Source: a virus (Duplodnaviria; Caudoviricetes). From it: a stretch of DNA of 64,000 bases. This document shows positions 18,468 through 29,152 of this stretch, in pieces. The stretch is from IMG/VR virus record IMGVR_UViG_3300033069_001378, positions 188,527-252,526 of that record. One strand, given 5' to 3'. Position numbers and translations under genes: made by a program. The notes under the pieces were generated by a model. The model worked only from the letters and a program-made list of their open reading frames with translations, made no database searches and was not told the DNA's origin. Each line of letters opens with the position of its first letter. The stretch's first letter is position 1.

Positions 18468-19829
18468 TCAGGTAATGCCCCAATGAGTTGGAGCTCCGAA
18501 GTATTGAACTCTAACAGACTCGTAGTTAACTGCCATGTTCCAAGTAGAGGCACCGTCAATAACACCATTGCTGCAAGAAATGATGATATTGGCTGTAGAA
18601 GCATTGCCTCTTACGTCCTTGATGAAGTAGTATCTGCCAAACTCTGCAACTGTTGGTAGAGTGATTGTGTAGCTTGAAGCACCAGAGCAAGCAATGGTAG
18701 AATCGTCAGGAAGAATGGTGTACGGTCCAGTAACGATAGTTGGAACGTCAATCCAGCCACCAAACGATGTAACGGTTCCTGAGATTGTTGTCGATGGAAG
18801 TATTGCCGAAGAAGCAGATGTTGCAAGAGTACCAGAGACGTAGAATACAACGTTGGTTCCCTTATCCTGAGCAAAGACTGCACCCGCACCAATAGCAATA
18901 GATGCAGTAGTTCTAAGTCTTGGAGCAGTTGCGCTTTCAAGCCATTGTGTAGTAGAAAGAGTCCAGTTACCATTTGCACCACCATCGGAAGCGGAAAGAC
19001 CGTTTCCAAGGGTGATTACACGTTCTGCTGTTAGGGTTGCATCTGTAGCTAGAACAAGGTACTGTGCGTTTGAAGGTGCAAGACCTGTTGTTGCGATTGT
19101 AACCTGTCCATTAGACGCTGTTGCTGTTGTGATACCAGAGCCAGCCAAAAGATAGGACTGACCGTTTTGAAGGTTTACAAGAGAGCCTGTGAACCATGGA
19201 GTAGACATACCAACCGAGGCTGAAATGATGTTGGATACGTTTAGGGTTCCTGTGATTACCGCTGAAGAACGGATATCAACAGCGCCGGAAACAAGTACGT
19301 CACCTCCGAATACGGAAATGCCGGTGGTACCTGCTCTAGAGCCAGAAACGTAGAAGAATATGTTGGAACCAAAATCTTGGGCAAAGCCTGTTCCAGATCC
19401 TATTGCTACGGATGCTGTCGTTCTAAGTCTTGGAGAAGGAGTACCTTCAAACCATGTACCAGTTACAGCAAGAGCTGAAAAGCTGGCAGAGATGGCGTAG
19501 CTGTTGCTGACTTGGTTGATTGTGATATTAGGTCCAGCAAGCAAGGAAGCTGAAATAGCAACGTTGTTTCCTGCGCCGTAATCTGTAATGAAGATACCTG
19601 GTCCAGCGGCAAGCGTTCTTTCATTCGCAAGAGAACCTGTTGGTCCCAATGTGATATAAGAAGCAGACGGATCAAAAGATTGACCCGTGTTTGTGATAGT
19701 CATCTTTCCATCTGCTGTAGAGCTAGCAGATAGACCTGTTCCAAGAAGAATGCTGGAGGTTAGTGGTATGAAATACTCACCGTTCCATAAGGAACCGCTA
19801 ACCCAATTAGAACGACCTGAAAATGCCAT
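18468..19829 (-). CDS. modular tail fibre/virion protein
   Basis: Shares PRLRTTAS, YLxLxxDxxLxxER and C-terminal TITLP..G..Y.IKD..G..IDG..W modules with neighbours. Confidence 0.75.
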   Translation of the reverse strand: MAFSGRSNWVSGSLWNGEYFIPLTSSILLGTGLSASSTADGKMTITNTGQSFDPSASYITLGPTGSLANERTLAAGPGIFITDYGAGNNVAISASLLAGPNITINQVSNSYAISASFSALAVTGTWFEGTPSPRLRTTASVAIGSGTGFAQDFGSNIFFYVSGSRAGTTGISVFGGDVLVSGAVDIRSSAVITGTLNVSNIISASVGMSTPWFTGSLVNLQNGQSYLLAGSGITTATASNGQVTIATTGLAPSNAQYLVLATDATLTAERVITLGNGLSASDGGANGNWTLSTTQWLESATAPRLRTTASIAIGAGAVFAQDKGTNVVFYVSGTLATSASSAILPSTTISGTVTSFGGWIDVPTIVTGPYTILPDDSTIACSGASSYTITLPTVAEFGRYYFIKDVRGNASTANIIISCSNGVIDGASTWNMAVNYESVRVQYFGAPTHWGIT

Positions 19830-19861
19830 TTTTTAAGAACTCCGTGCTTGTAATGAAAGAA

Positions 19862-20416
19862 TTACAATATCGACCAATAGCTACCAAAGTTAAATAGCTG
19901 GACACTTTGATAATTCACCAGCAGATTATACTTATTTCTCCCGTCAATTAGATTACCATTGCCATCTATCGTGTATGCATGAGAAGACGCATTTCCTGCT
20001 ACGTCTTTGATTATCAACAGCCTGCCATTTTGATATATCGTTGGAGACGGAAGAATGATTGAAGTGGCAACAGAAGACGAAATGCCTATAATATAGTCAG
20101 AATCGAGAACACCATAAGAAGATGCTGTCACAACCGTTGGTGTTGAATAGACGGCTTGCCTAACAAACATCGAACCAGAGATAGCAACGTCACCACCAAA
20201 AACAGAAGTGCCTTTGACGTTCCTTCGCATCGAGTTAGAAGAGCCAGATACGAATAAAAAGGTATCCCTTTGGCTTATTTGTGCAACAACGGTAGAATCG
20301 GTAATGGCACCAGCGGTGCCTGCCACGTCAATGCTATAAACAGCAAGACTGCCAACCGAACTTGTGACAATAATCTTTCCTGTTTGTATCTGGCTGGCAC
20401 GAAAATCTGCGGACAT
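19862..20416 (-). CDS. short virion protein with shared C-terminal domain
   Basis: FLFVSG..SVFGGDV and IILP..GRLLIIKDVAG..IDG..W modules. Confidence 0.7.
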   Translation of the reverse strand: MSADFRASQIQTGKIIVTSSVGSLAVYSIDVAGTAGAITDSTVVAQISQRDTFLFVSGSSNSMRRNVKGTSVFGGDVAISGSMFVRQAVYSTPTVVTASSYGVLDSDYIIGISSSVATSIILPSPTIYQNGRLLIIKDVAGNASSHAYTIDGNGNLIDGRNKYNLLVNYQSVQLFNFGSYWSIL

Positions 20417-20517
20417 TTGGACACTTACCTAATCATAATTGTTGGTAGTCTATATGGAAAATATGGCAAGCTCCAACAGTGATTTTGATGAAGCAAAATT
20501 GATTGTTCATCTTCTTG

Positions 20518-23133
20518 TTAGTTTGATATTACACCCCAAGTTACGTTTGAAGCCGCTGTATCGAAACAGGTTAAGGTTACTCTTCCATAGCTTTGCGAAA
20601 TGACATAGGTTGCAGCAGAGTCAATCTTTCCATAACTTGCAGACACGGTTATGTTGTTGGAAGCAGCCGAACCACCCACGTCCTTGATTACAAAAGCCCT
20701 TCCAAGCCTCGCAGCAGCACTGTCTAGGATAACTGTCCTTGTGCCACCTGCGGAGTTTACAGGGATTATGTAATCGCTTCCGCTAACTGTATACGTTGTC
20801 GTCTTGGCAACGGGAATATGGTTAAACACAGAACCAGATAAGTACAATCCGTTTGAAGCCGAAACCACAACGCTGAATCCTGTGGAACCACTTCCACGTC
20901 CACCAATCATGATTTGTTGAGGAAGACTTGCTGTCAATCCAGAACCAATCAAAATAGAACCAGACATTCCACTTGGAATGCTATTGAACTTTCCTCCAAT
21001 GACAACAGACATTGGAGAACCTATGATTGAAGATGTTGCAGAGGTTAGGATTGATGAGTCCCAAGAGCCAGATATTTGATTATATCCACCACCGACAACT
21101 ACAGCGTTTCTCGTCATTCCATATATCTTGTTGGCAGTACCAACAATTATTGCGTTTTGACCATCGGCAGCGGGGTCTGAGCCAGACAATACGTTTACAT
21201 TGCCACCAAGAATAACAGAGCTTCCATTAGAAATTAGACTGTTTGAAGAACCAGCAAACACGGCATTATAGTTTCCATCAGTAATACTGTTGCTTGTACC
21301 TCCACCAATTATGTTGTAGGCTGCGCCGTTTATTCCACCTGAAATAACTGGAAAGCTTGTGCCTATAACAGCAGATTGCTGTGTTGTTCCAAAATAACGA
21401 GCAGTATCGGTTCCCAAACATACGTTTAAGAATCCATTGTTTAGTTGACAGTCATATGCCGCAATTGCAGCAGAATGTGAAGAACCACTAAGAATGTTGT
21501 TTCTTCCGGCAACTACAGCCGAGTAGGTTGCCTGAAAAGCACCGACACCAGCTAATGTGTTTGAACTACCAGCAACAACTGCCATGTATCCATAGCCGTT
21601 CGTATTGTCACTAAGATCGTTCAATTGTCCAGCGACAACAGCACTCTTCTTTGTTCTTGTAAATGTGTTTGAGTAGCCTGCGACAACCGCTGTTTCCGAA
21701 CTGTCATTCACATTGTTTGACAAAGAAGCAACTGCCGCAGAGTCAGTGGATCCAGAAATAGAGTTATTTGATCCTCCAAGAATGCTGGAGTTGTACGAGA
21801 TTGTAACTCTGTTGTTCTCGCCAGAAAGAACGGAAGACTTGTAAGAGTTAGAAACTACGTTTGCATTTCCACCAATGACCACGTTTCCGTCTTGAGAACT
21901 TCCATTGTTTACTTCGTTGTTGGAGCCTCCAAGAATAGCGGCATTTGATTGCGAACCACTGATTCTGTTTCCAATACCACCAGCAATAAGCGAAGTAGTT
22001 GTATAGCCAATTGCGCTTCCGCTTGTTGCAAGCATCATGCTTACATGAGCATCGTTCATGTGAACTTCTTTTGCAGAAACAATGGCATTTGAACCGTAGT
22101 TAAAATCTGATGAACTTACACTTGAATTAATTGCAGAAGCGACCAATGTTCTGTATGCTGGTCCAAGAATCTGTACGTTATCTGAGTTTAGAAGACTTGA
22201 ATATCTTGTTTCAAGAAGAGAACCATTAGTTGTGCTTGCAATGAAGCACTCCTCGGAAAAAAGAGATTCGTTGAAGCTACCACCAGCAATAACTGTAGAG
22301 TATCCGATTGTTGGAGCTGAATAGTCTAGTTTTATTGTGTTTGTGTAACCGCCTAGTATTGCAACTCCACCGTTGGCAGCAGCCAAATCCAAATCAGAAC
22401 CAGTTATGACGCAGTTTACAGTTCCAAGTGCTAATCCGTTCAACATGTTTTTTACAGTTGTTGAATCGCAGCCCAAAATTGCGGAATAAACAGAGTCGTT
22501 TATTGTGTTGTTCGTTCCAGCAGCTAATAATGTAGAAAATGATCCGTAATTTGTAGAGTTAGTATTGTTTCCACGTCCCGCAAGACTGACGTTGTTGTCA
22601 GAACCAGAGATTCCATTTGGTCCAGCGTCCTGAAGACTTTTCTGTATTATGTTTCCACCAAAAAATGCGTCGCCTTGGATTGTGACAAATTTTGAGTTGT
22701 CATATTTTGATCCAGAAACGTAGAAGTTTGTGCTTGGATCGATATTCTCAGCAAATACAGAGTCAGAGCCGATTGCAACAGAAGCCGTAGTTCTCAATCT
22801 AGGGGAAGTAGAACTTTCAACCCATTGCTGAGTTCCTCCCCCGTTTGAGGTTATGCTTCCTGAAACATGAACGTCTCCACCAAATACTGTGATAGAGCGG
22901 TTGTTCGTATTCTTTTCGCCAATGCCACCAGACACAAACAAGAAGATATCTTTGCCGTTTAAAGAGCCTGTATTGAAGGCATTTTGATTGATTACTCCTG
23001 TGTTGTTTGGAGTCCCCTGTGCTTCAATTGGGTAAATAACAAGCTTAGCACCTGTGCCATCTTTTCCAAGTGTTCCAGATGCTATTATCTGCTTTGTTTG
23101 AATTTGAGTTGCTCTATAATCATTTGTTGTCAT
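20518..23133 (-). CDS. tail fibre-like beta-repeat protein
   Basis: IxGGxxN repeats, shared N-terminal DYRAxQIQT and C-terminal domain. Confidence 0.75.
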   Translation of the reverse strand: MTTNDYRATQIQTKQIIASGTLGKDGTGAKLVIYPIEAQGTPNNTGVINQNAFNTGSLNGKDIFLFVSGGIGEKNTNNRSITVFGGDVHVSGSITSNGGGTQQWVESSTSPRLRTTASVAIGSDSVFAENIDPSTNFYVSGSKYDNSKFVTIQGDAFFGGNIIQKSLQDAGPNGISGSDNNVSLAGRGNNTNSTNYGSFSTLLAAGTNNTINDSVYSAILGCDSTTVKNMLNGLALGTVNCVITGSDLDLAAANGGVAILGGYTNTIKLDYSAPTIGYSTVIAGGSFNESLFSEECFIASTTNGSLLETRYSSLLNSDNVQILGPAYRTLVASAINSSVSSSDFNYGSNAIVSAKEVHMNDAHVSMMLATSGSAIGYTTTSLIAGGIGNRISGSQSNAAILGGSNNEVNNGSSQDGNVVIGGNANVVSNSYKSSVLSGENNRVTISYNSSILGGSNNSISGSTDSAAVASLSNNVNDSSETAVVAGYSNTFTRTKKSAVVAGQLNDLSDNTNGYGYMAVVAGSSNTLAGVGAFQATYSAVVAGRNNILSGSSHSAAIAAYDCQLNNGFLNVCLGTDTARYFGTTQQSAVIGTSFPVISGGINGAAYNIIGGGTSNSITDGNYNAVFAGSSNSLISNGSSVILGGNVNVLSGSDPAADGQNAIIVGTANKIYGMTRNAVVVGGGYNQISGSWDSSILTSATSSIIGSPMSVVIGGKFNSIPSGMSGSILIGSGLTASLPQQIMIGGRGSGSTGFSVVVSASNGLYLSGSVFNHIPVAKTTTYTVSGSDYIIPVNSAGGTRTVILDSAAARLGRAFVIKDVGGSAASNNITVSASYGKIDSAATYVISQSYGRVTLTCFDTAASNVTWGVISN

Positions 23134-23206
23134 AATACCCGCTCACATAAGTCAGTAGGTAAATATACCGAAAACAAGAAACAACGAAATTATAGATATC
23201 TGAGAC

Positions 23207-23941
23207 TCAAACTATTTGAGCAATGAAGTGGAACCAGTTCACATATTGGGCAGAAATGCTTCCAGAAGCGTTTGTTGTAGAAGTTGTTGCCTGATAAAAA
23301 GATACGTTTGATAGTCCATTGTCAACAGTATCCCAAGGCGTGTCATAGAAGTAAGTTGGAACCGCAGGTAGAGTTGCATACGTCGTATTGAACGTCTCAC
23401 CACTTGCATTTACCTTGCCTGCTGACGCAGTTATAGCAATTGAGGCTGAAGCTGGCTCTGAACTTGTGACAATTGTTGGATAAGAAGGAGCCCAAATTGC
23501 TCTGTATCTAATTGTTCCGCTAAACGGAGCACTTGTTCGAACTGTTAGCTCTGTTGGATCATAAACAACTCCGAAGATATTCACATTTCCAAGGTTGTCA
23601 TAGGCATCTTCCATAGACAAAACAATGTATGGATCCCCTGAGAACGAGAAGTTGAATACAGCAGTTGATTCATCCGTCATGGAATCGAAGTAGATAAGTC
23701 CTTCATCATATTCGCCAAACGAGTATGAAATAGGGCTTGTTACAATCTCAACAACAAACCCAGGCTTTACCTCAAAGTAATCTCTATGCCTTATGGTTGA
23801 CTGCAAGTCAATTGAATATGTGATATGTGTAGCTGGATCTGCGATTGTTGCTATTTGTGGTCTTGGAGGCACACCATATCCAGCGACCTTTCTCCAAAGG
23901 TTTCTGTTGGTTCCATATTTCTTGTCGTTATTAGATGCCAT
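23207..23941 (-). CDS. hypothetical virion protein (paralog of 28336-29130)
   Basis: WRKVxGYG, TIRHRDYFEVK, GEYDEG, IRYRAIW shared. Confidence 0.7.
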   Translation of the reverse strand: MASNNDKKYGTNRNLWRKVAGYGVPPRPQIATIADPATHITYSIDLQSTIRHRDYFEVKPGFVVEIVTSPISYSFGEYDEGLIYFDSMTDESTAVFNFSFSGDPYIVLSMEDAYDNLGNVNIFGVVYDPTELTVRTSAPFSGTIRYRAIWAPSYPTIVTSSEPASASIAITASAGKVNASGETFNTTYATLPAVPTYFYDTPWDTVDNGLSNVSFYQATTSTTNASGSISAQYVNWFHFIAQIV

Positions 23942-23946
23942 ATTTT

Positions 23947-24252
23947 TTACACTTGTCCAACAATCACAATGTCTACTGCTCCACCACCCGGAGGAGAACC
24001 TATTGAGTAAACATAAGTAGCCCCTATTCTTCCTCTATATACAAACTGAGTTGTCTGTACTGATCCACAAACTACTGTCACTATGTTGTTTGTGGGAATA
24101 GAGCCAGCACCAAACAAAGGTCCACTTCCAAGGTTAGCGTTTTTGAAAGTTTCACCTGGCAACAAGTAAGTTGTAAAGTTACGTCCTTCAGCAGTCTCAT
24201 ATAAGAGCTGATTGACGTAATCGTTTGTAAATCCGAAAGAACTTGTTGCCAT
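23947..24252 (-). CDS. hypothetical protein
   Basis: 101-aa ORF tightly packed in operon. Confidence 0.6.
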   Translation of the reverse strand: MATSSFGFTNDYVNQLLYETAEGRNFTTYLLPGETFKNANLGSGPLFGAGSIPTNNIVTVVCGSVQTTQFVYRGRIGATYVYSIGSPPGGGAVDIVIVGQV

Positions 24253-24269
24253 CTTTTACTATATACCTA

Positions 24270-25589
24270 TCACAAGCTATAATCTGTGATTGTAAAGTTG
24301 ATTCCATCGCGAGTAAGATTTGAACCTGGCGAGTTACTGCCGCTCCATGGTGTAGATGCCATCTGATTGGATGTAACTGCCGTACCACCAAAGACCGCTC
24401 TTAAACCATCTGCTCGAACATCGTGAGTCTGCAAACCTACAACGGATCTAAGTAATGGAGTATTTAGATATCCAGCCATTCCGTTGAAGTTAGGCTCGCC
24501 AGCGGAAATAACCATCAATGCCTTTTCGTCATAAACAGATCCAGAATTGATCAACTTGTTTGGACTATATGTTGTTGTATTGAAGTTGCTGTAGCTCAAT
24601 TGAAGAACTCTTACTCCGTTGTTTGTTTGTGCAAACACTCCACCCTCTCTTGTAGCTGCCGTAGCCGTAGCTGTTCCAAGACCAACTTCGTGAGGTATTG
24701 TTGTGGTTGTTGAAAACACACTAGAATCAGAGCTTTCTGCCCTGGAGCCAAACGACAAGAAACCTTTTGAACCACTTATTCCAAGAACTTTTCCTGGGTT
24801 TGATTGAGATATGGCGTCAATCATTGAGTATGGACCATAAAATGTGATATTATACGTTGTCAACAAAGCAGGAGTTGTACCGTTTGCAAAAGCCACGTCT
24901 TGTAGCATCAAAAAGCTATCTCCGTCTGAAAAGAAGTGTGCTCTCGCTTTCACTTGTGTCTTAGCCGCTCCTGTTGCTAATCTTGTTGACTGTTGCATAC
25001 ATTGCCTATTTGTAGCAAATGTGCCGCTTGTATTATTGATTCTTGGAAATACGTGAACAGAACTTCCGGGACTGGATCCTGATGCCCACACTATTGCTCC
25101 TTTTGCTCCGGTACCTGTAGTATTAACAGAACCGCTCCATGGCGTGATTGAATTGCCGCTCGCATCAAGAGCAAAAGCTCCTGCTGTTAGAAAGCAATAT
25201 GCGTTTATTGCGCTTGCGTTATCTTCCGTTCTTACAGGCAATGATTGCGCAGCAGCAGAGTCAAGCGCGTTGGCACCAGATGTGCATTGCAACATCAAAT
25301 ACCAATCCCAAGATCTTCCAGTTGCAGCATTTGGTTTAAATCTCCAAACCGAAAAAGGATAGTTTCCAAATCTAGAAGCTTGGTCCCAATAACCAACACC
25401 AAAAGTACCACCAGAGGTCATTGTACCAGAGTACATCGTGTAAAGTTCCGTGACTCCAGCAGTCTCAAGATATTGCATGAACTTATAGGCTTGAACGTAA
25501 GTTTCATTCACCAATCTTGCATCTGACGTACCAGCCGCACCAAGAATATCACTGTAGCAGTCTATTTTTCCATATATTGTAGTTGTCAT
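24270..25589 (-). CDS. hypothetical virion protein
   Basis: 439-aa S/T/G-rich ORF in structural block. Confidence 0.65.
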   Translation of the reverse strand: MTTTIYGKIDCYSDILGAAGTSDARLVNETYVQAYKFMQYLETAGVTELYTMYSGTMTSGGTFGVGYWDQASRFGNYPFSVWRFKPNAATGRSWDWYLMLQCTSGANALDSAAAQSLPVRTEDNASAINAYCFLTAGAFALDASGNSITPWSGSVNTTGTGAKGAIVWASGSSPGSSVHVFPRINNTSGTFATNRQCMQQSTRLATGAAKTQVKARAHFFSDGDSFLMLQDVAFANGTTPALLTTYNITFYGPYSMIDAISQSNPGKVLGISGSKGFLSFGSRAESSDSSVFSTTTTIPHEVGLGTATATAATREGGVFAQTNNGVRVLQLSYSNFNTTTYSPNKLINSGSVYDEKALMVISAGEPNFNGMAGYLNTPLLRSVVGLQTHDVRADGLRAVFGGTAVTSNQMASTPWSGSNSPGSNLTRDGINFTITDYSL

Positions 25590-25612
25590 TTTATTCTTTG
25601 CCTACCTTTGTA

Positions 25613-28321
25613 TCACGTTCCTACAATTTCGGAACCATAATGAAATGTTAAATGTATGCTTCCACTTCCATAATACTGAAGTTCGTAGATTGAAGCAGAA
25701 GAAGAGTTGAAGTTTGTTGCACCATAGAGATTAACAGATTCTAGAAAGCTTGGAGTTGTATTGCTGGTTGTTAACACAGTTACGCCAATTCCTCCAATAT
25801 GGACATAAGTTCCTGATGTTACATTATACATTTGAACGAATGCTTTATCTGACCCAGTGCTTGTTGCGAGAATCGTTCTTAGCGCATAAGAAGATTTTGT
25901 TGATTCATTTGGAACGAAATATGTGCTTCCAACTGTCTTTGGATTGCTAGAAGTTACGGCTGAGCTATCATAGCTTCCTATGTATTGATGAGTTACAGGA
26001 CTCGTTCCAGCACTTGATGAAATTGCGTAAGAGCCACTAACTTGGTTTATTGTTATGTTGTCTCCAGCAAGAAGGCTTGCACTTATTGCAATGCTATTTC
26101 CTGCTCCATAATCTACAACTGCTATGCCTGGTCCTGAACTAAGAACTCTGTCGTTTGAAAGCCCTGGATCTAAAGAGACAACAATGTATGAAGCACTTGT
26201 GGAAGCAAAAGAAGAAGGCAAGTTATCAAGCTTTAGCTTGTCTGCCGAACTCATGGCACCATCGGAACTTGTTGTCGCGTTGATAATGCTTATGTTTGGA
26301 GTAAGTCCATTGCTTGACGTAAGTGGAGCTGTTGCGGTTACAGATGAAACAAAGCTGCCAGAGACTCCTCCGCTCGAAGAGATGGCATAAGCATTTCCAA
26401 CTTGATTGATTGTGATATTGTCGCCTGCCAATAGCTGTGCAGACAAAACAACATTTCCATTTGGTCCGCCATCGCTCATGGAAATACCAGTGCCAATGGT
26501 TAAAACTCTTTCGTTGGTTAAAGTGCCATCGGTTGACAATGTAACATAGGAGGCACTCGTGCTTGTGTAGTCACTTGGAAGTCCATCAAGCTTGCTCTTG
26601 TCAGGAGCACTCATATAGCCACCAGCAGTCGTTGTAGCGGCAGGAAGAGTTATGTTTGGACTCTGACCCGCACTAGCTGTCAAAGGGCTTGTAGCGGTTA
26701 CAGTAATCACTGACGCACTAACAGAAATGGAATCAAGTTTTTCCTTATCTGTTTTTGACATATAGCCACCAGCGGTGATTGATGCCACTGGAATGCTGAT
26801 TAAAGGAAATTGACCTGCGGAGCTTGTGAGAGGTGCGCTAGCACTTACAGCTATTACAAATGTTCCCTGTGAAGCTGAGATTGCATAGGAATTGCCGACT
26901 TGATTTATGGTAACGTTGTCCCCTGCCAATAGAGAGGAAGATATAGCAACTGTTGAGCCCGCACCATAATCACTAATTGCAATTCCTGGTCCTGCTGCAA
27001 GAGCACGCTCATTTGGAAGCGATGAAGTTGTGCTGATAACAATGTATGAAGCACTTACGTCTGCTGCAACAACTGTTGCAGGAAAGCTTGCACTTATTGC
27101 CAGTTCATTTCCAACTTGGTTAATTGTAACGTTTGTACCTGCTAGCAAAGACGCGGAAATGGCAACATTTGAATTGGCACCATAATCGTTTAATGACAAC
27201 CCTGGTCCAACTACAAGAACTCTTTCACTTGTTAGAGTTGTATCTGTTGTCAAGGTGACATAGGAAGCACTTGTGCTTACGTATCCACTTGGAAGATTAT
27301 CGATTTTGGTTTTGTCTGCTGCGCTAAGTGTTCCCGCACTTGCAGTTGTTGCTGGAGAGATAGAAATTACAGGTGTAGCTCCACCAGAACTTGTGATTGG
27401 CGAAGTAGCAGAAACGGAGCTAACAAAGCTACCCTGTGAAGCAGAAATTGCTAAAGAGTTTCCAACCTGATTTATGGTGACATTATCACCAGCAAGAAGG
27501 CTTGCACTTACTCTGACGTTTGAGTTCGCTCCATAGTCTGTGATTGTAATTCCCGGACCTGAGCCCAATACTCTTTCATTCGAGAGAGTTGAATCCAGTG
27601 CAAGAGTTACGTATGAGCTACTTGTGCTGGAAAAGCTTGTTGGAAGGTTGTCAAGTTTTGACTTATCTGCTGCTGACATAACACCAGCAGCGGAAATCGA
27701 AGCTGTACTTATGGAAAGGGTTGGAGTCAATCCTCCGCTTGAGGTTATTGGAGCTACAACGGCAATTGAGCTAACAAAGCTTCCTTGAGAAGAAGAAATC
27801 GCGTAGCTGTTTCCAACCTGATTGATTGTTACGTTTGTACCAGCAAGTATGGAAGAAGAGATTGTGAAAGAAGAACCAGCACCACCGTCAACAAAGCCTA
27901 TTCCAACTCCTGCCGTTATCACTCTTTCATTTGCAAGAGAAGAAGTGGCAGATAGAACAAGATAAGAAGCACTTGAATCAGCCCAAACAACAGAAGAAGT
28001 AGGAGAAGTGCTTGAAGATACGGTCGATGAAATGGTTAATGAACCGCCAGAATTGGAGAAGCTTATTCCTGTTCCTGCTCTTATGATTCTTTGATTTGGC
28101 AAGGCACTGTCAGAAACGACAAGAAAACTTGCCGACATAAGACTTCCAGAAGTGGTTCCATCTGCAAGTCCTTGCTGTTGAGCCATTTCATAGATGGCTT
28201 GCGCTCCAGTGTTCCATTCACCAGCGGGTAGAACACCCGTTGAGTACAAGATGACGTTTTGGTCTACCTTGTTGGCACCCAAACTTCCAGACGTTCTTGT
28301 TGGTAATGACGTTAATCCCAT
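25613..28321 (-). CDS. repeat-rich tail fibre protein
   Basis: Multiple SASYVTLxxDxxLxNERVL, LAGxNxTINQVGN and AGxMSAADKxKLD repeats. Confidence 0.75.
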   Translation of the reverse strand: MGLTSLPTRTSGSLGANKVDQNVILYSTGVLPAGEWNTGAQAIYEMAQQQGLADGTTSGSLMSASFLVVSDSALPNQRIIRAGTGISFSNSGGSLTISSTVSSSTSPTSSVVWADSSASYLVLSATSSLANERVITAGVGIGFVDGGAGSSFTISSSILAGTNVTINQVGNSYAISSSQGSFVSSIAVVAPITSSGGLTPTLSISTASISAAGVMSAADKSKLDNLPTSFSSTSSSYVTLALDSTLSNERVLGSGPGITITDYGANSNVRVSASLLAGDNVTINQVGNSLAISASQGSFVSSVSATSPITSSGGATPVISISPATTASAGTLSAADKTKIDNLPSGYVSTSASYVTLTTDTTLTSERVLVVGPGLSLNDYGANSNVAISASLLAGTNVTINQVGNELAISASFPATVVAADVSASYIVISTTSSLPNERALAAGPGIAISDYGAGSTVAISSSLLAGDNVTINQVGNSYAISASQGTFVIAVSASAPLTSSAGQFPLISIPVASITAGGYMSKTDKEKLDSISVSASVITVTATSPLTASAGQSPNITLPAATTTAGGYMSAPDKSKLDGLPSDYTSTSASYVTLSTDGTLTNERVLTIGTGISMSDGGPNGNVVLSAQLLAGDNITINQVGNAYAISSSGGVSGSFVSSVTATAPLTSSNGLTPNISIINATTSSDGAMSSADKLKLDNLPSSFASTSASYIVVSLDPGLSNDRVLSSGPGIAVVDYGAGNSIAISASLLAGDNITINQVSGSYAISSSAGTSPVTHQYIGSYDSSAVTSSNPKTVGSTYFVPNESTKSSYALRTILATSTGSDKAFVQMYNVTSGTYVHIGGIGVTVLTTSNTTPSFLESVNLYGATNFNSSSASIYELQYYGSGSIHLTFHYGSEIVGT

Positions 28322-28335
28322 GTGATCTTACCTAA

Positions 28336-29130
28336 TTAGGTTCCAAAACTAAATCCGAAGGTATAAGTAAATCCGCTTCCAGAGCTTGTGATTGGAGCAG
28401 AGACTCCATCATAGACAATGAAATGAATGTCATGATTCTTTGGAGCAGAAACATCGGCAATAAAATAGCTGTTTGTTAGGAATACGTCCTCGACAAAAAC
28501 ATCTGAATACAGATTTGCTGAATCCCACGCACTCTCAAGAGCAAAGTCTGGCTGAGATAGCATCGTTCCAAAGGTTTGATAATAATACGTAACGTTTGAA
28601 GGGTTTGAGGTACCTGCTGAAGCTGTGAAGTACGATGTTGTAAACGTACTGGACACAATGGCTGGATAAGATGATGCCCAAATTGCTCTATACCTTATGT
28701 TGCCACTGTACGGAGCAGATACACCAATATACGCACCCGTTGATGCATATGTGATACCGTATGTGTTTATGTTTGACATATCGTCATTGCTATCAACAGT
28801 CAAAACAACATAAGGGTTTCCTGAAAACGTAAAGTTGAAGTTGAAATACTTCGCGTCACCATCTGAATAATCAAACGTGATCACTCCTTCGTCATACTCT
28901 CCAACAGGAAAGGGAACAGGAGTAGGGTTTGGAGGAATTACACCCGAGACAACAAACTGCTTCTTGACTTCAAAGTAGTCTCTGTGTCTTATCGTCTCTT
29001 GTTCGTTGTAAGTGAACGATTGGCTGTTGGCAAGATCAACATACGTGTCATAAACAGGTTTAGGTTGCGGACCATAGCCCACAACCTTTCTCCATACGTG
29101 CTTATTGCGTTTGTTTTCAGAATCAGCCAT
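28336..29130 (-). CDS. hypothetical virion protein (paralog of 23207-23941)
   Basis: Shared motifs with paralog. Confidence 0.7.
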   Translation of the reverse strand: MADSENKRNKHVWRKVVGYGPQPKPVYDTYVDLANSQSFTYNEQETIRHRDYFEVKKQFVVSGVIPPNPTPVPFPVGEYDEGVITFDYSDGDAKYFNFNFTFSGNPYVVLTVDSNDDMSNINTYGITYASTGAYIGVSAPYSGNIRYRAIWASSYPAIVSSTFTTSYFTASAGTSNPSNVTYYYQTFGTMLSQPDFALESAWDSANLYSDVFVEDVFLTNSYFIADVSAPKNHDIHFIVYDGVSAPITSSGSGFTYTFGFSFGT

Positions 29131-29152
29131 TACATCTAGTAAATAGCTTTAC

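Noticed and set aside
12222-27788. Many 60-120 aa plus-strand ORFs opposite the fibre genes
   Set aside because: Antisense shadows of repetitive Gly/Ser codons; no SD or motifs
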